The notes below the pieces were generated by a model. That model searched no databases and was not told the DNA's origin. It worked only from the letters and a program-made list of their open reading frames with translations. From an uncultured Actinomycetes bacterium (GTDB taxonomy: Bacteria; Actinomycetota; Thermoleophilia; UBA2241): a DNA stretch of 64,000 nucleotides. Positions 9,180-17,372 of the stretch are shown here, in pieces; within the stretch, counting starts at the first letter, position 1, and each line of letters starts with the position of its first letter. The stretch is from positions 288,001 through 352,000 of the forward strand of contig CAVPVX010000004.1 of NCBI GenBank assembly GCA_963709345.1, read 5' to 3'. A program made the translations under genes and the position numbers.

Positions 9180-9205
9180 GATCCTCCTGTGCGGTGGTGG
9201 ATAAC

Positions 9206-9225
9206 ATACCCTACTGGGTATTATA
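9206..9225. promoter_or_regulatory. CsoR/RcnR-family-like operator overlapping the -10 of the FmdB-family gene
   Basis: Palindrome ATACCC-TACT-GGGTAT (9206-9221) in an AT-rich patch. TATAAT on the minus strand at 9225-9220. Confidence 0.6.
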
Positions 9226-9329
9226 CGCCTGTCCGGCGACGGGGCAAACACCGTGTCGCAGGGTAAGCTCATGCGCGAGATGATCCGCCCGAGCGTACTG
9301 CTCGGGCTCACCGCCGACAAGGGGATGGG

Positions 9330-9827
9330 ATGAAGACCACCAAGCCGAAGGCTGCGATCGCCGTCATTCTCGCCGTTGTGGTCGCCATGCTGGCGCTCGC
9401 CGCCTGTGGCGGCGATGAAGGAGCGACGACGGGTACGACTGCGAACACCGACGTCGAGGTCCTGGCCGCGTCGGAGTTCTCCGTTGCCGACTACGTCGGC
9501 AAGCCGCTCGTGATCAACTTCTTCGGCTCCTGGTGCGGGCCGTGTCAGGCAGAGGCTCCGGACCTGGCCGAGTTCGCCGCCGGCGCGACGGGCGCTCAAC
9601 TCGTCGGGATCGCCGTCAACGACACCGAGAGCGATGCTCTCGCCTTCGTGGCCGAGTACGGCATGGCCTACCCATTGGTGATCGACGACAACAGCCTCGC
9701 CGCCGAGTACGGCATCACGGGGGTACCCACGACCATCTTCTTCGACGCTCAAGGCCAGGAGAAGGATCGCATCATCGGCGCGGCGGGCAGCGATCAGTTC
9801 AACGCGTCCCTGGCCAAGGCGCAGTGA
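9330..9827 (+). CDS. TlpA/ResA-family thiol:disulfide oxidoreductase lipoprotein
   Basis: Lipobox 'LAAC', 'GKPLVINFFGSWCGPC', cis-Pro 'GVPTTIF'. Confidence 0.9.
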   Translation: MKTTKPKAAIAVILAVVVAMLALAACGGDEGATTGTTANTDVEVLAASEFSVADYVGKPLVINFFGSWCGPCQAEAPDLAEFAAGATGAQLVGIAVNDTESDALAFVAEYGMAYPLVIDDNSLAAEYGITGVPTTIFFDAQGQEKDRIIGAAGSDQFNASLAKAQ

Positions 9828-9864
9828 CGACTGTAACCCGGCGTCTCCTCTTCGCCCGGCGCTC

Positions 9865-10584
9865 ATGATCGCCGCGGAGATCAGCTCTCTCAGCCTGACA
9901 GCGATCGGACTCGCCTTCGCGGCTGGGCTCCTCTCGTTCGTCTCGCCCTGCGTGCTGCCGCTGCTGCCCGTCTATCTGTCCTTCATCTCGGGCGTCGGTG
10001 TGGACGAGCTGGCCGGCCAGCGCCGCCGACTGCTGTGGACCTCGCTCCTCTTCGTCGCCGGGTTCACCCTGGTCTTCATGATGATGGGAGCCGGTGCCGG
10101 TGGAGTCGGCCGGCTTCTGCTCCAGTACCGGGAGGCGCTGACCATTGCGGCCGGCGCCTTCATCGCCGTCAGCGGTCTCGTCGTGGCGGGCGTTCTCAAA
10201 CTGCCGAAGCCCGTCCTCAGGGTGGCGCCGAAGCGCGCCGGCGCCGGTGGCGCCTTTCTCACCGGCGCCGCCCTCGCCATCGGCTGGACGCCCTGTGTCG
10301 GCTACGTGCTCGGCGCCATCCTCTCGATGGCGGCGACCAGTCAGAGCGCCGTCGACGGCTCGCTTCTCCTCCTCGTCTACTCGATCGGCCTTGGCGTTCC
10401 CTTCGTGCTGGCCGCCCTCGCTTTCGACTGGATGACCGCGCGGCTGGCGTGGATCAAGAGGCACTACCGCGCCATTCAGGTCACCGCCGGCGTGCTGCTC
10501 GTGGTGTTCGGCGTGCTGATGATGCTCGGCGTGCTGGAGCGGCTCTCGCGCTGGCTGCCGGCGTTCAGCCCGGGCGGACTGTGA
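9865..10584 (+). CDS. ccdA: Cytochrome c biogenesis protein CcdA (DsbD transmembrane domain)
   Basis: 'AGLLSFVSPCVLPLLPVY', 'GWTPCVG', 'YSIGLGVPF'. Adjacent to tlpA. Confidence 0.92.
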   Translation: MIAAEISSLSLTAIGLAFAAGLLSFVSPCVLPLLPVYLSFISGVGVDELAGQRRRLLWTSLLFVAGFTLVFMMMGAGAGGVGRLLLQYREALTIAAGAFIAVSGLVVAGVLKLPKPVLRVAPKRAGAGGAFLTGAALAIGWTPCVGYVLGAILSMAATSQSAVDGSLLLLVYSIGLGVPFVLAALAFDWMTARLAWIKRHYRAIQVTAGVLLVVFGVLMMLGVLERLSRWLPAFSPGGL

Positions 10585-10674
10585 CCGCGGCGGCTCTGCG
10601 CCGGGGTATCGCAGCTCGTCTTTCCGGCTTCTGACGCTGCCCACCCCGGCTCGCGGGGCGGTATCCTTGGGCGC

Positions 10675-13554
10675 GTGAGCACCAGGCACCGCATCCCGTC
10701 TCTGTCGGACCAGGGCCGCAGCGCCGCCGCCCGCCTGCGGCGCGTCGTCAGCGGCGAGGTCTCGACCTCGCCGCTCAGGCGTTGGATCTACTCGACCGAT
10801 GCGTCCGGCTACCGGGTGGTGCCTGAGGTCGTCGTCGTGGCGGCGTCCCGCGACGACCTCGCGGCGGTCGTGACGGTGGCGGGCGAGCTGGAGATACCGG
10901 TGGTCGTCCGCGGCGCCGGCTCGAGCCTCGCCGGTCAGGCTGTCGGACCTGGCATCACCGTCGACTGCTTCAAGCTCGACCGGATCCTGGAGATCGACGC
11001 GGACGGGCGTCGCGCGCGCGTCGAGCCCGGCGTCATCCAGGCTTCGCTCAACGCCGCCACGGCGGAGTATGGCCTCGAGTTCGGTCCCGACACGTCGACG
11101 GTCGACCAGGCGACGATCGGCGGGATGGTGGGCAACAACTCCTCCGGTTCGCGTTCGATCGTCTACGGCGAGACAAAGGACAAGGTCAGTCGGGTCGCCG
11201 GCGTGCTCGCCGGCGGCGAGGCCGTCGAGTTGGGGGAGTGCGACGACGGCAAGTTGCGGGCGGGGCTGGGCGGGCCCGCGACGGCGAGGCTGGCGGCGGC
11301 GCTCGCCCGGGTGCGCGAGCGGCACCGGGAGTCCATCGCCGGCGGGTTCCCCGAGACGCGACGCTGCACCTGTGGCTACAACCTGCGCGAGCTGCTCGCG
11401 CCACAGCCGCATCTCGGGCGCCTGGTCGCCGGCTCCGAAGGCACATTGCTGCTCTTCACAGAGCTCGATGTCCTGCTGGATGAACGTCCGGCGGCGCGCA
11501 CCGGCGCCGCGCTCACCTTCACCACGCTGCGCCGGGCGCTGGAGGCGAACGTGGCGATCCTGGAGACGGGTCCGTCCGCGGTGGAGCTGCTCGATCTCGG
11601 CCCGCTGCGCGCGGCGCCGAACCTCGCGACGTTCCCGCGCATGGCCGAGCTGCTGGCCGGCGCCGACGAGGCCATGCTCACCGTCGAGTACCAGGGCGAC
11701 GCCGAGGAAGCGCGCGCCGGCCTCGAGCGGCTGCGGGCGCTGGCCGGGGAGCTCGGCGCGACCGGGGTCGCGTGGCTGGGCGATCAGGATGCGCTCGCCG
11801 AGGCGGCGGCGCTGCGGCGCGCCGTCTTGCCGCTGCTCATGGGGGCGCCGGGCGCCGCGCGCCCGGCGTCGTTCGTCGAGGACACGGCCGTTGCCCCGGA
11901 GCGGCTCGCCGGCTTCGTCACCGACTTCCGCCGCCTCGTGGCCGCGCACGGCGTGTCCGCTTCGTTCACGGGGCACGCCTCCGCCGGGTGCTTGCACGTC
12001 CGTCCCTTCCTCGACCAGAAGTCGGTGGCAGGCATAGAGTGCATGGAGAAGCTGGCCGGCGAGGTGGGCCGTCTGGTGGCCGAGTACCACGGGGCGATCT
12101 CCGGCGAGCACGGCGTCGGGCGCTCGCGCAGCTGGTCTCTTCCCGGGCTCCTCGGTCCCGACCTCTACGCCGCCATGGTCGCCGTCAAGGACGCCTTCGA
12201 CCCGCTGCGGATGCTCGGCCCCGGCGTGGTGGTGGACGGGCCGCCGTTGACCGAGTCACTGCGGTATGGGGCGGACTACCGCGGCGGGGGAGGCTGGGAG
12301 CCCCGGCTGTCCTTCGCCGCCGAGGGCGGTTTTGAGCGGGCGGCCGAGCTGTGCTTCGGCGCCGCCCTGTGCAAGAAGCAGACCGGTACGATGTGCCCCC
12401 CTGCCGCGGTCTCCCGCGACGAGGCGCTCTCCACCCGGGCGCGGGCGAACGCGCTGCAGGGCGTGATCTGCGGGGCCGTCCCCCTGGCGGCCATCGGGGC
12501 CGACGAGTTCCGCGACGTGCTCGGCACGTGCATCGCCTGCAAGGCCTGCAAGACCGAGTGCCCTGCCGGCGTCGACATGGCCGCGCTGAAGGTCGAGTGG
12601 CTCGCCGAGCTCCGTGCCAGGGAGGGTGTCCCCCTGCTGGCGCGCGGTATCGGCGAGTTCCGCCGGCTCGCGGCGTTCGCCGCCCCGGCGGCGCCGCTGG
12701 TGAACGCCCTCGGCCGCACGCGTCCGGCGCGCGCGCTCGCGGGCCGGCTCGGCGTCGCCCGCGAGCGGCCGCTCCCCTTGTTCGCGCGGCGTCCTCTCAC
12801 GAGGCGCCTCGCCGGCCGCCCGCATCTCTTCGAGGAGGGCCCGCGTGCAACGCTCTTCGTGGATTGCTTCATCCAGTATCAGGAGCCGGGCGTCGGCGAG
12901 GCCCTCGCGCGCCTGCTCGCGGCCGCCGGTGTCTCGCTGAGTCTCGCCGATGTCGGCTGCTGCGGCCGCACCGCGCTGTCCACCGGACAGATCGACAAGG
13001 CCCGGGCGTTCGCGACGCGCGCGGTCGCCGCCCTGCACGAGCGTTTGCGCGTGGGTGACGAGTTGCTGTTCGTGGAGCCGTCCTGCCTCTCCATGGCGCG
13101 TGACGACTGGGCGCGGCTCCTGCCCGGCGACCCGCGCCTGGCGGATGTCGCCGCAGCGAGCCGCCCGGCGCTTGCGCTCGTCGCCGACCTGGCCGCGGAC
13201 GGCCGTCTGCGCTTTCGTGCCGGCGGCCGCGCCCTGCTGCACAGCCACTGTCACGAAAAGGCGCTCGGCTTCGCCGCGGTCACCGAGCGGGCGCTGGCGG
13301 CGGTGCCGGGCCTGGAGTTCGACAGCCTCGACACCGGCTGCTGTGGCATGTCCGGCGTCTTCGGCTACGAGGCCGAGCACTACGACCTCAGCGTGGCGAT
13401 GGGCGAGCACGCGCTGCTCCCCGCAGTGAGAGCCGCGGGGCCGGAGACGGTCGTGCTCGCGACCGGCACGTCGTGCCGCACGCAGATCGGCGACCTCGGC
13501 GGCCGCCGGGCTCTGCATCCACTCGAGTTCCTGGCCGCGCGGCTCCTCGCCTGA
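10675..13554 (+). CDS. FAD-linked oxidase fused to 4Fe-4S and CCG domains (YdiJ/D-2-hydroxyacid dehydrogenase-like)
   Basis: 'YSTDAS', 'RGAGSSLAGQ', 'TIGGMVGNNSSG', 'GHASAGCLH', 'SGEHGVG', 'CIACKACKTECP', and CCG motifs 'CCGR', 'HSHCH', 'CCGMSG'. Confidence 0.9.
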   Translation: MSTRHRIPSLSDQGRSAAARLRRVVSGEVSTSPLRRWIYSTDASGYRVVPEVVVVAASRDDLAAVVTVAGELEIPVVVRGAGSSLAGQAVGPGITVDCFKLDRILEIDADGRRARVEPGVIQASLNAATAEYGLEFGPDTSTVDQATIGGMVGNNSSGSRSIVYGETKDKVSRVAGVLAGGEAVELGECDDGKLRAGLGGPATARLAAALARVRERHRESIAGGFPETRRCTCGYNLRELLAPQPHLGRLVAGSEGTLLLFTELDVLLDERPAARTGAALTFTTLRRALEANVAILETGPSAVELLDLGPLRAAPNLATFPRMAELLAGADEAMLTVEYQGDAEEARAGLERLRALAGELGATGVAWLGDQDALAEAAALRRAVLPLLMGAPGAARPASFVEDTAVAPERLAGFVTDFRRLVAAHGVSASFTGHASAGCLHVRPFLDQKSVAGIECMEKLAGEVGRLVAEYHGAISGEHGVGRSRSWSLPGLLGPDLYAAMVAVKDAFDPLRMLGPGVVVDGPPLTESLRYGADYRGGGGWEPRLSFAAEGGFERAAELCFGAALCKKQTGTMCPPAAVSRDEALSTRARANALQGVICGAVPLAAIGADEFRDVLGTCIACKACKTECPAGVDMAALKVEWLAELRAREGVPLLARGIGEFRRLAAFAAPAAPLVNALGRTRPARALAGRLGVARERPLPLFARRPLTRRLAGRPHLFEEGPRATLFVDCFIQYQEPGVGEALARLLAAAGVSLSLADVGCCGRTALSTGQIDKARAFATRAVAALHERLRVGDELLFVEPSCLSMARDDWARLLPGDPRLADVAAASRPALALVADLAADGRLRFRAGGRALLHSHCHEKALGFAAVTERALAAVPGLEFDSLDTGCCGMSGVFGYEAEHYDLSVAMGEHALLPAVRAAGPETVVLATGTSCRTQIGDLGGRRALHPLEFLAARLLA

Positions 13555-13600
13555 CGACCGCGCGGGCCCGGCGGGCTCTTCCCCGTGTACGATGACGCAC

Positions 13601-13780
13601 GTGAACTGGATCATCCTGATTGCGGGAGTGACGGGGCTTGCCTGCGCGGGCTACGCGCTGGTCACGCTGTCCGTGGGCGCCTGGAGGCGCCGCCGGTATC
13701 TCGACATCGCCCTCGCCTTCGCCGTCGCCGCGGTGACGATGCTGCTGCTCATCGCTTTCGGGGACCGCATCGTCCGCTGA
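13601..13780 (+). CDS. Small two-helix membrane protein
   Basis: Two hydrophobic helices separated by an Arg-rich loop. TACGAT 7 nt before the GTG at 13601 suggests a leaderless start (alternative ATG at 13592). Confidence 0.55.
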   Translation: MNWIILIAGVTGLACAGYALVTLSVGAWRRRRYLDIALAFAVAAVTMLLLIAFGDRIVR

Positions 13781-14027
13781 GCGGCGCGCGACCGCAGCGT
13801 CCGTCGCCCCGCGTGTACGGACGTCGCCCGTGCGTCGGGCTCAACTTCGGTGACCGTTGGCCGATACCCTTGAGTGTCGCCCGCAGGGAATCACCAGGCT
13901 TGGCCGAATCCCCGTAGCGCGGGGGGCGTGCGCGGGTTGGATCTTGCGCGATGCGGCGGTTCCCGGCGGTACGCCGCCGGGGGGCGACCTCCGTAGATCG
14001 TGGGTACGGCCGCAGGAGAGCAGGCTG

Positions 14028-14612
14028 ATGGCAAAACGCATCCTCGTCGTCGACGACGAGCCGGACATCCGGCGGCTGGTCGGCGAGGCGCTCGAGGTCA
14101 CGGGATACGACGTGCAGAAGGCCGCCAACGGCAGGGATGCCCTGCGCGCGGCGTCGCTCTACCTGCCCGATCTCGTCCTGCTCGACATCATGATGCCCGA
14201 CATGGACGGGTTCGCCGTGTACGAGCGCCTGCGCGAGAAGCCGGTCGACCTGCGTTCGCCGATCATCTTCCTGACGGCGCGCCGCGAGATCAACGACAAG
14301 CTCCTCGGCTTCGAGAAGGGTGCGGCCGACTACATCACGAAGCCGTTCCACATCAAGGAGCTCCTGGCGCGCGTCAAGGTGCATCTCGGAGAGCTCGGCC
14401 CGCCGAAGGGCGACACCCCGAACCCGATGACCGACCGCGAGCTCGAGGTCCTGGGACTCCTGGCCAGCGGCAAGACGTACAAGCAGGTCGCCCGGGCGCT
14501 CGACCTCAGCCAGAGCACCGTACGCAACCACCTGCACAACGTGTACCACAAGCTCAACGTGGTCGACCGCGCGCAGGCAGTGATCGTCAGCCGGGAGAAC
14601 GGCTGGATCTGA
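14028..14612 (+). CDS. Response regulator: receiver domain plus LuxR-type HTH
   Basis: ATG at 14028 with RBS AGGAG. 'ILVVDDE', 'LVLLDIMMPDMDG', 'DYITKPF', then 'TDRELEVL...KQVARALDLSQSTVRNHLHNVYHKLNV.DRAQA'. Confidence 0.92.
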   Translation: MAKRILVVDDEPDIRRLVGEALEVTGYDVQKAANGRDALRAASLYLPDLVLLDIMMPDMDGFAVYERLREKPVDLRSPIIFLTARREINDKLLGFEKGAADYITKPFHIKELLARVKVHLGELGPPKGDTPNPMTDRELEVLGLLASGKTYKQVARALDLSQSTVRNHLHNVYHKLNVVDRAQAVIVSRENGWI

Positions 14613-14687
14613 CGCGCGGGGCCGGACCGACGACGCGGAAGCTTCCGGGCCGGCGTGCTCGTCGGCCCGTCGTGCGTGCGATCGTGG

Positions 14688-14945
14688 TCAGGACACCGCG
14701 AATGGCATATCCGGGAGGGACCACACCACGTCTTCGGCGCGGCGCTCGCCGTGGCGCCGCTCCGCGAGCGGCCCCGACCCGCTGACCCACCGGGGGCGCC
14801 GGCGCTCGCCGACGCGCCGGTCGACGACGACCTTGACGTCGCCACGGTCGGCGAAGCCGTTCGTCAGCCTCTTGTAGAAGTAGCCCTCGAGCTGTCGCGG
14901 GATCACGATGACTCGTGGCTTGGCGCTCTCCATCGTCGCGGGCAT
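14688..14945 (-). CDS. Small hypothetical protein with DRR/ERR repeats
   Basis: TAGCTT -10, then RBS GGAGGAGG, then ATG at 14945. Sequence contains 'VKVVVDRRVGERR...AERRHGERR'. Confidence 0.6.
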   Translation of the reverse strand: MPATMESAKPRVIVIPRQLEGYFYKRLTNGFADRGDVKVVVDRRVGERRRPRWVSGSGPLAERRHGERRAEDVVWSLPDMPFAVS

Positions 14946-14990
14946 GCGATCCTCCTCCGACACCCTTAAGCTACCACCGAACGTGGTATG

Positions 14991-16688
14991 TCATTCGCTC
15001 CCGAGTGCCGTTTCTCCTTGCCCTCCTCGCGGCGCCTTCGCCTCGCCGGCGTCCGCCCCCGCCGCTCCGGCGCCCGCGGCTTCCCGGTCGCGCACGTGGC
15101 TGCGCAGGAGCAGGGCGCAGGCGCCGCCCGCGGCGGCGAGACCGACGGCGACCATGAAGGTGCTGGCCATGGCGTCGGTGAACCAGCCCTTGAACATGGA
15201 CTCCATCATCGTCCGCGCCATCGCCGGCATGCCGTCGCCCTCCGGGACGCTCAGCTGCATGGACCCGCTGCCGGCGGCGTCGATGATCTGCCGCTTCAGG
15301 GCGTCCGAGATGCCCTGCACCCCCTGGACGCCCTCGGCGATGGTGGCCGTGACCCGGTTCTGCAGCACGGCTCCGAGTACGGCGATGCCCATGAGGCTGC
15401 CGACCTGGCGCATGGTCGAGAGTACGCCAGAGGCGTTGCCGACGCGATCCTTCGGGGCGGTCGCCATCACCGCGGAGGTGACCGGGGCGACGGCGAGGCC
15501 GATGCCGATGCCGGAGAGGACGAAGGGGGCGAAGAGGCTCGCCGGCGTCGTGTCCGGGGAGATCTTCGCGGCGCCGGGGATCAGGCCGGCCATCCATCCG
15601 AGGCCCACGGCGAGCAGCAGCATGCCGAGAGCGACGATCCACTTGCTCCCAAGGCGGTCGGAGAGCCAGCCGGCCAGTGGCGCGGCGACGATGATGACGA
15701 CGGACATCGGCGCCATCACGAGCCCCGCCTTGATGGCGCTGTAGCCGAGCACGGACTGCAGGAAGATCGGGATGATGAAGAAGGCGCCCATCATCGCCGC
15801 GCTGAGCAGCAGGCCGGTGACGTTGCCGGCCGCGAAATTGAGACTGCGGAACAGCGAGAAGTCGATCAGTGGCTGGCTCACGCGGTGCTCGCGCCGGTAG
15901 AAGAGCGCGAAGGCGACGATGGCGGCGGCGAAGAGCCCGAGGATGGCCGCCGAGGTCCAGCCGTAGTTCTGTCCCTCCACGAGGGCGAACGTCAGGCAGA
16001 AGAGCGACGCGGAGACCAGGCCGACGCCGGGAAGGTCGAGCGTCTCGACGGCGGTCGGGTTCTTGCTCTCCGGCACGAGGCGGAGCGTGAGGAACACGCC
16101 GGCGACGCCGATGGGGATGTTGACCAGGAAGATCCAGCGCCAACTGTCCGCCGCCGCCGGCCAGGTGATGTACTGGATGATGACGCCTCCCAGCGTCGGG
16201 CCGATGGCCGTGGCGAGGCCGGAGACGCCGCCCCAGACGCCCATGGCGGCGCCGCGCCTTCCGGCGGGGAAGACGTCGGCGATGATGCTCAGGGTCGCCG
16301 GCATCATCGCCGCCCCGCCGATGCCCTGCAGCACGCGGAAGCCGATCAGGGCGTAGATGGTCGGCGCGAGGCCGCAGGCGAGCGAGCCGGCCGTGAACAG
16401 CGCCATGCCGCCGACGAACAGCTTGCGCCGGCCCCAGAGGTCGCCGAAGCGGCCGAGGGTCACGAGCAGGACGGCGAAGGCCAGGATATACGCGTTCATC
16501 ACCCACTCGATGTTGCTGAATGAGGTGTCGTAGTACGTCTGGATGCTCGGGATGGCGATGTTCACGATGGTGCCGTCGAGCAGGATCATGAAGAGGCCGA
16601 GGCAGAGCACTGCGAGCACCACCCACGGGCTGCGCGCCGCACCGGCGGACGAACCGTCGCCCGGAGTCTCGAGCGGAGGAGAGGTCAT
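14991..16688 (-). CDS. DHA2 (EmrB/QacA) family MFS efflux transporter
   Basis: 'LDGTIVNIAIPSI', 'GRFGDLWGRRK', 'FRVLQGIGGA', 'IGPTLGG', 'WRWIFLVNIPIG'. The ATG at 16688 overlaps the marR stop. Confidence 0.93.
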   Translation of the reverse strand: MTSPPLETPGDGSSAGAARSPWVVLAVLCLGLFMILLDGTIVNIAIPSIQTYYDTSFSNIEWVMNAYILAFAVLLVTLGRFGDLWGRRKLFVGGMALFTAGSLACGLAPTIYALIGFRVLQGIGGAAMMPATLSIIADVFPAGRRGAAMGVWGGVSGLATAIGPTLGGVIIQYITWPAAADSWRWIFLVNIPIGVAGVFLTLRLVPESKNPTAVETLDLPGVGLVSASLFCLTFALVEGQNYGWTSAAILGLFAAAIVAFALFYRREHRVSQPLIDFSLFRSLNFAAGNVTGLLLSAAMMGAFFIIPIFLQSVLGYSAIKAGLVMAPMSVVIIVAAPLAGWLSDRLGSKWIVALGMLLLAVGLGWMAGLIPGAAKISPDTTPASLFAPFVLSGIGIGLAVAPVTSAVMATAPKDRVGNASGVLSTMRQVGSLMGIAVLGAVLQNRVTATIAEGVQGVQGISDALKRQIIDAAGSGSMQLSVPEGDGMPAMARTMMESMFKGWFTDAMASTFMVAVGLAAAGGACALLLRSHVRDREAAGAGAAGADAGEAKAPRGGQGETALGSE

Positions 16689-17174
16689 GTGTCGTCCCTT
16701 CCTTTCAGCCTGACGATGAGAGCGCCGAGAAACGCGATCAGGGTGTCCGGGTCGATGCCGGGGAAGCCGGCGAAGACCGCATCGACGTGCCGGCGCCACT
16801 CGTCGTGCATGGCGGCCGCGTAGCCCTCGGCGCGACCGGCGAGCCGCACGTACACGACGCGCCGGTCGGCGGGGTCCGCCTCGCGGCGGACGACGCTCTT
16901 CTCGAGGAGCCGCGCGACGAGCTCGCTCGCTGCGGCGCGGCTGATCTCCAGGCCGTCCGCGAACTCGGTCATGGTGACGCGCCGGCGGTTGGCGATGAAG
17001 ACGACCGCCTCCATCTGGCGGCCGGTGAGCGGCTCGGCGGTCGCCGCCCGCCGGACCTGGGTGTGGTGCGGCGCCGACTCGTAGAGCGCGACGGCCAGCT
17101 CGGGCAGCAGTCGCGCGAGTCGGGTGGTGGTGTCCTCGGGGGGCGGTGCGACGCTCCTCCCGGCCCAGCTTCAT
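16685..17174 (-). CDS. MarR family transcriptional regulator; its 5' part appears frameshifted at a 6-nt homopolymer
   Basis: 'LTGRQMEAV...VTMTEFA..LEISRAAASELVARL....VRREADPADRRVVYVRL'. The frame is open upstream of 17014 but has no start codon. The ATG at 17174 joins it through a +1 shift at the run 17138-17143. Confidence 0.8.
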
Positions 17175-17212
17175 CTGTAGGTCCGTGCCCGATCGCTCAC
17201 TCCCCACTTTAC

Positions 17213-17225
17213 TTCGGTTCCCGAA
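17213..17225. promoter_or_regulatory. Putative MarR operator
   Basis: Inverted repeat TTCGG-TTC-CCGAA in the AT-rich patch between divergent marR and fdh. Confidence 0.35.
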
Positions 17226-17372
17226 TACTACGGGTACCTTAGCATACTGCCGGGGTGGGCGAGGGCGCCGGTCCCGCGCTCGCGCGCGGCCGCCCAGTTT
17301 CCGTCGCCGCTCGTCCGCGAGTACACTTGGCGCAGCTGGACGCGTGGAAGCGATCACCGAGGAGACGCGATA

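Noticed and set aside
13895-13990. c-di-AMP (ydaO) riboswitch, suggested by GCCGAATCC
   Set aside because: The downstream conserved blocks (GGGGAACC, GGTGAAT, CCGTCAGCTAA) are not present.
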